A stretch of DNA of 64,000 bases from Mobula hypostoma (taxonomy: Eukaryota). A program made the position numbers and the translations under genes. The notes beneath the pieces were generated by a model. The model was not told where the DNA came from and searched no databases. It saw only the letters and a program-made list of their open reading frames with translations. The DNA lies in NCBI RefSeq assembly GCF_963921235.1, contig NC_086097.1, positions 220,784,001 through 220,848,000 on the forward strand, in the 5' to 3' direction. Shown here in pieces: positions 53,232 through 64,000 of the stretch. Position 1 is the first letter of the stretch. Each line of letters opens with the position of its first letter.

Positions 53232-53490
53232 GGGCGTCACGGTAGAGTAGCCGTTAGCAAAACGCTACTACAGCTTGGGTCATTGGAATTCGGAGTTCAA
53301 TTCCAACGAACTCTGAAGGAAGTCTACACGTCCTCCCTGCGGAACATGCGTGTGCTCTGGTTTCCTCCCACAGTCCAAAGGTAGGTTAATTTGCAATATA
53401 AAATTGTTGTGATTAGGCTAGAGTTAAATCAGGGATTTCTGAGTGGCACTGCTCGCAGAGCCAGAAGGGCCTGTTGTGCACTGCATTTCA
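53232..53490 (+). mobile_element. tRNA-derived V-SINE (HE1-like), followed by a short CR1 3' end (53497-53688)
   Basis: box A/B (gagttcaattcc); V-domain-like ggtttcctcccacagtccaaag; CR1-type tail gaagggcctgtt; related pieces at ~43207-43290 (+) and ~59090-59290 (-). Confidence 0.7.
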
Positions 53491-53971
53491 ACAAATGTCC
53501 AGCAGAAGTGGTTGAGGCAGGTTCGATGTTGTCATTTAAAGTTAAATTGGATAGCTATATGGACAGGAAAGGAATGGAGGGTTATGGGCTGAGTGCAGAT
53601 CGGTGGGACTAGGTGAGAGTAAGAGCTTGGCACGGACTAGAAGGGCCGAGATGGCCTGTTTCCGTGCTGTAATTGTTATATGTTATATCAAATTGATTAC
53701 AAGGTGGTAGCAAGTGCGCATGTGGCCAATTGATCACGCAGTGATTCGATTGGACCTCCTGCACGCAGAGGACTCTCACTTTGCCTGCAGGCTTTTGAGC
53801 GCCATGTGTTTTCATCTTGACGGACCAGGTTCATTGCTCCAACATATGCCCAGTGTGTACCGTTACTAACATGACTCAGTAAGGTTGTTTAATCATACTA
53901 CTCCATTTTCATTCTTACTCTGTGCTTACCGAACAGCATTGCTGTGAGACACGATTTAAAAAAAATCATAC

Positions 53972-54035
53972 CTGTTGCAGAGATTGTGACATTATGTTGA
54001 AGAGTGACGAAAGAAACAGCTATCTTAGCTGTCAT
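53972..54035 (-). CDS. TRAM1: TRAM1 exon 2 (MTAKIAVSFVTLQHNVTISAT)
   Basis: poly-T tract + aag acceptor; 64 nt; donor G|gtatg; conserved NVT glycosylation sequon; phase fits exons 1 and 3. Confidence 0.93.
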
Positions 54036-54726
54036 CTTTAAAAAAAAAGAGAAAATATCTTAGGGATTAACAAGTAATACATTTTTAATTGTAAAACCTA
54101 CTCAATCTTACCCATACAACAGAACGCAAAATGGCTTTCCAATAGTTATCAAGGAATAAAAACACACACACACTTAACAGGCATGGATGCTGATATGCCC
54201 ATAATTATGTTGTCATGAACCCTCTCAAACAATCAAATCAATTGATTCATGGAATATGAACTACAATGGCTACAACACATTATTTTATTTTAAAAGACTA
54301 TTTCCAAATACTGGCTGCAGTGCAAAAATTGATTATGCATTTGTGGTGACAAATTCCCAACTTCATACCAAGAACACCTTCCACCTTGCTGTGTGGCGTT
54401 CAAATCACTCCAAAGAGGACAGCTTTGCTCAAGTGTAAGGTTCATGAGGAGCTGTGTGGCATTAGGAGCAATTATTTTATTTCACCAGAATCTGTAATAA
54501 TATAGCACTCCACCACCCTCGATCCTTCACGTTAACATCGAATCAGGCAGCAATGCTGGTTCAGTGGGGAAAACAGAAGAGAATGCTGAGTGGTCCCAAC
54601 CACACCCAAAGAATCTGACAACTTGGGGAAAGCCAAAATATACATTCACATGCATAAATAAGTTCTGGTTTAAGATGATGCTGGTGAATCTCTGGCTGGT
54701 GGCTAATGAAACAACTAAAAACTTGT

Positions 54727-56886
54727 AAACAACAGGAATTCTGCAGATGCTGGAAATTCAAGCAACACACATCAAAGTTGCTGGTGAACGCAGCAGGCCA
54801 GGCAGCATCTATAGGAAGAGGCGCAGTCGACGTTTCAGGCCGAGACCCTTCGTCAGGACTAACTGAAGGAAGAGTGAGTAAGGGATTTGAAAGTTGGAGG
54901 GGGAGGGGGAGATGCAAAATGATAGGAGAAGACAGGAGGGGGAGGGATAGAGCCGAGAGCTGGACAGGTGATAGGCAAAAGGGGATACGAGAGGATCATG
55001 GGACAGGAGGTCCGGGAAGAAAGACGGGGGGGGGGGTGACCCAGAGGATGGGCAAGAGGTATATTCAGAGGGACAGAGGGAGAAAAAGGAGAGTGAGAGA
55101 AAGAATGTGTGCATAAAAAAGAGTAACAGATGGGGTACGAGGGGGAGGTGGGGCCTAGCGGAAGTTAGAGAAGTCGATGTTCATGCCATCAGGTTGGAGG
55201 CTACCCATACGGAATATAAGGTGTTGTTCCTCCAACCTGAGTGTGGCTTCATCTTTACAGTAGAGGAGGCCGTGGATAGACATGTCAGAATGGGAACGGG
55301 ATGTGGAATTAAAATGTGTGGCCACTGGGAGATCCTGCTTTCTCTGGCGGACAGAGCGTAGATGTTCAGCAAAGCGGTCTCCCAGTCTGCGTCGGGTCTC
55401 ACCAATATATAAAAGGCCACATCGGGAGCACTGGACGCAGTATATCACCCCAGTCGACTCACAGGTGAAGTGATGCCTCACCTGGAAGGACTGTTTGGGG
55501 CCCTGAATGGTGGTAAGGGAGGAAGTGTAAGGGCATGTGTAGCACTTGTTCCGCTTACACGGATAAGTGCCAGGAGGGAGATCAGTGGGGAGGGATGGGA
55601 GGGACGAATGGACAAGGGAGTTGTGTAGGGAGCGATCCCTGCGGAATGCAGAGAGAGGGGGGGAGGGAAAGATGTGCTTAGTGGTGGGATCCCGTTGGAG
55701 GTGGCGGAAGTTACGGAGAATAATATGTTGGACCCGGAGGCTGGTGGGGTGGTAGGTGAGGACCAGGGGAACCCTATTCCTAGTGGGGTGGTGGGAGGAT
55801 GGAGTGAGAGCAGATGTACGTGAAATGGGGGAGATGCGTTTAAGAGCAGAGTTGATAGTGGAGGAAGGGAAGCCCCTTTCTTTAAAAAATGAAGACATCT
55901 CCCTCGTCCTAGAATGAAAAGCCTCATCCTGAGAGCAGATGCGGCGGAGACGGAGGAATTGCGAGAAGGGGATGGCGTTTTTGCAAGAGACAGGGTGAGA
56001 AGAGGAATAGTCCAGATAGCTGTGAGAGTCAGTAGGCTTATAGTAGACATCAGTGGATAAGCTGTCTCCAGAGACAGAGACAGAAAGATCTAGAAAGGGG
56101 AGGGAGGTGTCGGAAATGGACCAGGTAAACTTGAGGGCAGGGTGAAAGTTGGAGGCAAAGTTAATAAAGTCAACGAGTTCTGCATGCGTGCAGGAAGCAG
56201 CGCCAATGCAGTCGTCGATGTAGCGAAGGAAAAGTGGGGGACAGAACCCAGAATAGGCACGGAACATAGATTGTTCCACAAACCCAACAAAAAGGCAGGC
56301 ATAGCTAGGACCCATACGGGTGCCCATAGCTACACCTTTAGTTTGGAGGAAATGGGAGGAGCAAAAGGAGAAATTATTAAGAGTAAGGACTAATTCTGCT
56401 AGACGGAGCAGAGTGGTGGTAGAGGAACTGATTAGGTCTGGAATCCAAAAAGAAGCGTAGAGCTTTGAGACCTTCCTGATGGGGGATGGAAGTATATAGG
56501 GACTGGACATCCATGGTGAAAATAAAGCGGTGGGGGCCAGGGAACTTAAAATCATCGAAAAGTTTAAGAGCGTGAGAAGTGTCACGAACATAGGTCGGAA
56601 GGGATTGAACAAGGGGTGATAAAACAGTGTTGAGGTATGCAGAAACGAGTTCGGTGGGGCAGGAGCAAGCTGAGACAATAGGTCGGCCAGGACAGGCAGG
56701 TTTGTGGATCTTGGGTAGGAGGTAGAAACGGGAAGTGCGGGGTGTGGGAACTATAAGGTTGGTAGCAGTGGATGGGAGATCCCCTGAGCGGATAAAGTCG
56801 TTGATAGTGTGGGAGACAATGGCCTGGTGCTCCTTAGTGGGGTCACGATCGAGGGGTAAATAAGAGGAGGTATAGAGATATAGAGG
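54727..56886 (-). mobile_element. Young Penelope-like element (Neptune-type RT + Cys linker + GIY-YIG), 5'-truncated, one frameshift; TRAM1 intron 1, sense
   Basis: FYLLPKIHK...GRPIVS, TMDVQSLYTSIP, GVAMGTRMGPSYA, RYIDD, C-x4-C-x2-C linker, VIYCVQC...YIGET; frameshift near 56425; 14-bp TSD aactaaaaacttgt at 54713-54726 and 56887-56900. Confidence 0.94.
54825..54860 (-). ncRNA. Minimal type I hammerhead ribozyme, intact core
   Basis: AGUC-CUGACGA-AGG gucucgg CCU-GAAAC-GUC/GACU; predicted cleavage between 54829 and 54828; loop-less palindromic helix III (ACGU). Confidence 0.82.
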
Positions 56887-57290
56887 AACTAAAAACTTGT
56901 TTTCAGTCTCTCCCTTTCGGGTAAACGATCATTGCAAACAATAGCTTGCAATTTCCCTTTGGACTTGGAGGCAAATCGATGCGGCTGAACCACTCACTGA
57001 GAGTGAGGAAGACCCAAGCTTCAGTCAAGTTACACGCCAAGCTGACTTGGAAGGTTGGGTACAGGCTCAATCAAGGCCGTGAGGTCCAGGCCCCAGAGTG
57101 TATCGAAGCAACTGAACCAGATGTTTGGATAATGATTTAAGTACAGGGCTAGATTGAAAAGGTCAGGGTGCTGGGGTCCGAGATGAGGGATGGGCCAGTT
57201 CAGCTCACTGCTCGCTCTGTGCTGAACTGGTTAGACTCTCTTTGTGGACTTCAGTTCAGAATGCTATATGCTTACATTTATTGTTTGCAT

Positions 57291-57908
57291 TGGGGGGAGG
57301 AGAAGATGGCAGCGCGCCGCGCGTGCGCAGCTCTCCGGTGAAAATGATATCGTATCTGTTAAATAGGGGCCGCAGACAATTCTGATTTGATGAAGAATGG
57401 ACATGAAAGCACGGAGGAACATCTGGAGAAATTTCTGAAACGCCCGTTCGCTGCTGTCGTTACTGTGTGGTCGTGAATCTTTCGGAGGGTAGGCCTCAAA
57501 ATCCCCGGCCTTGCCTGCATTTGGTGACCGATAAGGAGGTCGAATCATTTGGACAGAGATGGCTCTCAGTACTCAGTGTCGGATAGCTGATCAGAGCTCG
57601 AAGTTTTCAGATGACTCAGAGTCGGATTGTGGTCGGCATGGCAGGGAGAGTTTTTCTTCCTTCTCCCGTCTGTGTGAGATGTGGGACATTTGAGAAACTT
57701 TGAACTTTACTGTGCTCATGGACTTCTTCATCAAGTTATGGTATTGTTATACTGTTTGTAACTATGTTATAATTATGTGGTTTTGTCAGTTTTTTCAGTC
57801 TTGGTTTGTCCTGTGTTTTGTGATATCACACCGGAGGAAATAATGTATCATTTCTTAATGCACGCATTACTAAATGACAATAAAAGAGGACTACGTGTCT
57901 TCATAATC
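57291..57908 (+). mobile_element. Non-coding CpG-rich retroposon-like element nested in an older repeat (~56900-58040)
   Basis: abrupt CpG-rich head gggaggagaagatggcagcgcg; AATAAA and cataatc tail; no ORF. Confidence 0.55.
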
Positions 57909-59549
57909 ATGTATTTGATTTTTTTTTCCTACTCATTGGGTGTTTGACGGTCTTAAAAAATTTTTTTTTGAGGCTTCTTTGTTTTGTGGCTGCCTGTTAG
58001 GAGTCAAATCTCAAGGTTGTATAATGTACTTTAAACTTTGAATAAACGTTTTAAAAAAACTGCAAACAAAAGGCTATCCAGAATGGAGAGATAAAGACAT
58101 CAGTCTTGTCACATCCAGCCAACAAAGTAAGTGGGTAATTAAGCAGGGTACAGCTGCTCCATAAATACCTCCACCATGAATACCTCCACCATAAGTCCAG
58201 CACAAAAACAAAACACAATGATAGAAAATATGGAACTACTTTAAGCCCGAAGTGCAAAGAACATAATACACTTTTCCTGACCACCTCACTGTCACAGATG
58301 ATCTTAAGGTAATCTTTTCGTTCCAGTTTAAGAAGGAATAACATTAGATATACAAAGGCCCCACAAACATCCTTGCCAGACTACTGAGGACATGAATCAG
58401 ATTTATATGTGCATCTGCCAAGCTGATTCAGTACAAATGATTTCACAAGAAAGCCATGGAGGGCCAATCTTTAATGATTTCATCAATTATGCTTCCTCCA
58501 GAATTAAGTCCCAAGCAGGATGCTCACTAATAACTTTCCACTCTTCAGATCGATTTCAATCCCTCAGATAATCCTGCACGATGATTTAAAAAAAATTCAA
58601 GTTTCAGTCGATAAGCCTCAGAAAATGTGTTGCACAAGTGCCAGGTATTGACCATCTCCAGCAAAACCATGTAACCACATCTCTTTGACGTTGAGTGTCA
58701 TGAAACATTTGGTTTATTGCTCACTGTGCAGGGCTATTTAAAAAAACCTTCATAGCATCTTAAAAGTTTCTTCCCTCAGGCAGTTAATCTGATAGACCAG
58801 TCTAGTTAACGCTGTCCTCCCCACTCCACTCTATTATGTCAGTCACTGCATTGTAAACACTTTAAACCACTTTATATATAATGCTATTTACGTTGTAAAT
58901 ACATCCTGGTATTTATGCATTTATGAACATTTTATTCCATATCTGTACTTCTAACTTAATTTTATATAATTTTTAATTCTGTATTATTGTTGAATGTTTT
59001 CATTCAACACAAACACAACACAGCAATTTCCTAATACATGTAAATGTATATGGCGAATAAAATGAATATTGACTTCAGCTCCTCGATGCTAACCATTTAC
59101 TCACATGCCCATCAGCTCCCTCTGAATTTGCTTGCCACCCATACACCCAGGGAGGAAACTGCAGCACCCATGGATAAACCACACAGCCACAGGGACAAGG
59201 TGCAAACTGTGCACAGAGAGCACCCAAGATCAGGATCAAATTCAGCACAAACCATTGCATTCTGAAGCTAAAGCCTGGAAAGATGCCCTTAGGTCCACTA
59301 GCATTAAACTAGCAAAGTGTTAATCAATGGCTAACACTGAAAACTAGTACAGTAGTGACAAACACAGAACCTCAAAAGGGATTAGGAATGTGAAGGAAAA
59401 AAAGTCTGAATGTGAACAGAACCCAATACTTTTTTGGTAATATAATAATAAGTTAGATCTAATTGCAAGGGCATAATGAAGTTTAAAGATACTATAAACA
59501 AAATGAACATCTGGTTGACGGTGAGAAGGAAAGCTTTATATTGCAAGAT

Positions 59550-59900
59550 AAAGATGGCCTCCTCCAAGAGGACCACAACCTTGTCGTGGTTTGGAGGCAT
59601 GCAAGCCTCAATGACCTGGACAGCTATGTTAGCCAAGGGCTTTATGATAGGGTCACCCATGCCAAACAGTTCAAAGGGTAGAGGCCAGGTTAAGAGTGGT
59701 CCACCGGTCTAGCAGGTTGAGGGGTTCAGCTTAGGGCTGACAGCCCTGACTGGTAAAATAAAACTTATGGAAACAGCAATGAAGTAAGCTCCTACATCTG
59801 AGTGAGACGGTATTCCTCAGTCTCCACCCAGAACTTGTACAACTGACAGTTATGAAAGAAGTCCTGAACACCACCAGAGACAGAAGACCTTCTCTGCTGT
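59550..59900 (+). mobile_element. RTE-related 5' segment / RTE-derived SINE
   Basis: accacaaccttgtcgtgg...ctcaatga...gggtcacccatg...tggtccac resembles the conserved RTE (BovA/ART2A-like) 5' motif. Confidence 0.5.
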
Positions 59901-61299
59901 CCTAAATGTCAGTGGCATAATGGGCAGTAGAGATACAGATGAATAGACAAGTAGCAGAGAGTTCAGTCAGTGAGAGGTTTTGGGAGTGAAGGACTGGCTG
60001 GAAATGCAACAAAGTCATACAAATCAAATGGGAACATCCTACAAAATGGGCTGGAACTGTGGAATCTATATCCACAGATCCTAAAAGAAAGCAGGAGTAT
60101 TCAGTGAGATGGTATAGTGGCATATGGGATGGTGAAGCACAGAATCTCACAGCAGATAATATTATGCTTCAATTATATGCGGCACTACTGAAACAACTTG
60201 AGCACAACGTACATTTTTTTTCAAAACGGCAAGGGGACAAAGGATACTGCCAGAAATGGAACATTTTAAGAGACAGCAATAAGCCAAATTGTTTCCTTTG
60301 GAGGCAAAAGTGAGTAGACTGAAAATAAAAATTAGGAGGGGTCAAATAGTAACTACGAAGTACCTAGATCCCTTGGTAGAGGGACCCATCCAGATGGCAC
60401 ATGTTAAAATGATGTATAAAAACTTTTCCACCAGAGGGAGGTAGGTCTCTGGAATTCACTGCTGGAAAGCAATGAAGAGTTAGAACCCCTCATCACTTTT
60501 AAAACTTATCCAATGTGTACATGAAGAACCATGGTTTGTAAAACTACAGACTTTGTGTGATGGATAGTGGGATAAAGTTTAGTAGTTTTTATTCAACCAG
60601 CACAAATATATTGTGCCAAATACCTCTTCCTGTGTTTAAAATGTTTGTGATTACATATAAAATGTAAGTTGCTACCAATAAAACTTCGCTTGTAACTTTT
60701 GATTTGTGTATGTATTGCTATTACTTTCTCTTCTCTTACTCTTAAAGCGTCCACAACCTTGCACACGAGGAAAGCAAAGCCATACAGTGAAGCAGCATTA
60801 GCCTGCAGAGGATAATTGGATGAGTATAAACATTTAACCCCAATTAAAAACTAAAAATATACTACTATTGTAAATATTCTACACCCGCATTTATAAAGGA
60901 AATGTGTCACAATACACCCTCTCACTAACATGCCATTGCGGGGCTTTTACAATGCCGCAGGTTTAGATAGATCTACGTTTACTCTCGAGGGAAAGCGTAG
61001 CGAATCAAAAGTTTGATTGACTCCTGCGCTTTACATGTAGTAAGACTTGATGGACAGTAATCTGAGGAACATTGCCATACTTTAAAGTGGGACTCGGTGT
61101 AAAGGTATATGCAAATATGACAAACAAAAAGAAAATTTAACTGCACGTTTTGATTACATTTCCGAATCGTTTTAAACACAAAGGTATAATCAAGTGTAGG
61201 ATGGTTAAAAATTCACATAAGCTTATTCTGGAAACCATCAGTAAACTTAAAAGCAGAATGAGGTTCGAAAGCCCTGAGAATTGGACACGTCAACCCAAA

Positions 61300-61990
<691 letters not shown>

Positions 61991-62371
61991 ACACTTGCTC
62001 CTCTTGTAAACATGCAGCAATAATGTACCTAAAACTTGAAACGTCCACTGTTCATTTTCCTTCATAGATGCTGAGTTCCTCCATCATTTTGTGTTTGTGA
62101 GCAGTGAATACCATTCCATTCATCAGGACATACTTTGGGATGTCTTTGGGATTTTTGTGGCTGGAGGTCCATGATTAACGGTGTTCAGCAGGGACCCGTA
62201 CTCGGACCTCTGCTGTTTGTGATACAGACCGTAAAACTGACATGAGCGAACACATAGATTGGTCGTGTCGTGTTTGCGTAGAAGACTGCCAAAGGATACA
62301 GTGGGAAATCAATCATTTGCAGATGAGGATGGAGATGTGGTAGATGGAGTTTAACCCTGCCAAATGTGGGA

Positions 62372-62760
62372 ACAGGAGTCTCTTACAAGTATGCTCCCCC
62401 ACCTTGTTTACAATTGAATTCCAGTTCTTATTTAGTACTGTGCTGTGCCATTGGCTTTTGGGGCGGCCTGGTAAAGAAAGCTATTGAAATGAAAGAATTT
62501 TAACAAAGACGAAGGCCTCGCTCTAAGTAAGAACTGGAATTCGATTATAAACAAGGTGGGAGAATGAAAACCTGATCAAATGAGGACTAACCAATCAGGA
62601 GGGACGCACAACAGGGGTATTAACACCACCGGCTAGACATGTCCAAGCATCATCCCAGATAAAGATGGCAGAGTCCGTCTTTGAAATGTCGGTTATAATC
62701 GATACTTGTACCTGGCTGGCAGCCTGAGATGAGTTTATCCGTCATATACGCTGGGAAAGC
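62372..62760 (+). mobile_element. Second Penelope family (Poseidon-type) 3' end with inverted 5' segment and decayed hammerhead
   Basis: LVKKAIEMK...NFNKDEGLALSKNWNSI GIY-YIG C-terminus; inverted repeat 62398-62435 / 62523-62560; cCAGATAAagatggc...gtctttGAAAtgtc. Confidence 0.7.
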
Positions 62761-63171
62761 TCTGGAATTAGGCCATTCACTCATCGAGTCTGCTCCACAA
62801 TTCAATCATGGCTGACTTAACTATTCAAGAAAGGAAGGAAGCAGGAATTAGGAAACCTACAGCAGTTGGCCTCTCATTTGTTATTGGTAAAATGCTGGGA
62901 TCCATTACAAAGAAGCTAACAGCAAAATATTTAATAAATGATAATGCAGTATAGAGAATGTTCATGAGGGTTATTCCTGGAACAAAGGGGTTGGTTGCAA
63001 AAAAATGTGAGCAGAATGGGCCTGCATTCACTGAAGTATAGAAGCAGGAAATATCTTCTTCCTATGTCATCATCAGAATGTTATAGTTCATAAGATTTAA
63101 ATACAAGATTCTGATGGTGAGTGATATAATGAATCTGAAAGGATGCTTTCCCCTAGTACGGGTATCTATAA

Positions 63172-64000
63172 TAGAAACATAGAAAACCTACAGCACAATA
63201 CAGGCCCTTCGTCCCACAAAACTGTGCCAAGCATGTCCTTACTTTAGAAATTACCTAGGGTTACCAATAGCCCACTGTTTTTCTGAGCTTCATGTACCTG
63301 TCCAGGAGTCTCTTAAAAGACCCTACTGTATCCATCTCCACCACCGTCACCAGCAGCCCATTCCACGTACTCACTACTCTCTGTGTAAAAAAATTTACCT
63401 CTGACATCTCCTCTGTACTTACTTCCAAGCACCTTAAAACTGTGTCCTCTTGTGCTAGCCATTTCAGCCCTGGGAAAAAGCATCTGACTATCCACATGTT
63501 CAATGCTTCTCATCATCTTATACACCTCTATCAGGTCACTTCTCACCCTCCGTCGCTCCAAGGAAAAAAGGCCGAGTTCACTCAACCTATTCTCATAAGG
63601 CATACTCCCCAATCCAGGTAATATCCTTGTAAATCTCTTCTGCACCCTTTCTATGGTTTCCACATCCCTCCTATAGTGAGGCGAGCAGAACTGAGCACAG
63701 TACTCCAAGTGGAGTCTGACCATAGTCCTATATAGCTGTAACATTACCTCTCGGCTCCTAAACTCAATCCCACGATTGATGAAGGTCAATGCACCATATG
63801 GTTTCTTAACCACAGAGTCAACCTGTGCAGCAGCTTTGAGTGTCTTATGGACTTGGGACCCCAAGATCCCTCTGATCCTCCACACTGCCAAGAGTCTTAC
63901 CATTAATACTATATTCTGTCATCATATTTGACCTACCAAAATGAACCACCTCACACTTATCTGGGTTGCACTCCATCTGCCACTTCTCAGCCCAGTTTTG
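63172..64000 (-). mobile_element. CR1 LINE 3' part (continues beyond the window)
   Basis: HLEYCAQF...DLIEVYKMMR; tail tagaaacatagaaa on plus strand; same subfamily as 26481-28449. Confidence 0.92.

Noticed and set aside
59550..59720. HDV-like ribozyme at the RTE-related 5' segment
   Set aside because: Some RTE elements carry them, but I could not assemble the nested double pseudoknot by eye

Overview
Vertebrate genomic DNA, most likely a cartilaginous fish (ray or shark, inferred from its repeat content). One host gene can be built from the sequence alone: a complete TRAM1 on the minus strand. It has 11 coding exons from ATG 61729 to TGA 34347 (1119 nt, 372 aa), all GT-AG introns with consistent phases, and a CpG-rich promoter region at about 61.3-62.0 kb. 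The rest is a dense, nested set of mostly 5'-truncated retroelements (CR1, L1-like, Rex1/Babar, RTE, two Penelope-like families), tRNA-derived SINEs, hAT/Tc1/mariner MITEs and two minisatellites. Most notable: (1) Penelope-type minimal hammerhead ribozymes, one with an intact core in sense orientation in TRAM1 intron 1; (2) TSD-flanked fold-back mini-elements made only of Penelope termini; (3) a minisatellite amplified from a CR1 coding motif; (4) an L1 insertion that appears to have expanded an ~86-nt intron to 1557 nt. Repeat boundaries without a stated TSD are approximate, and family names rest on motif recognition, not database searches.
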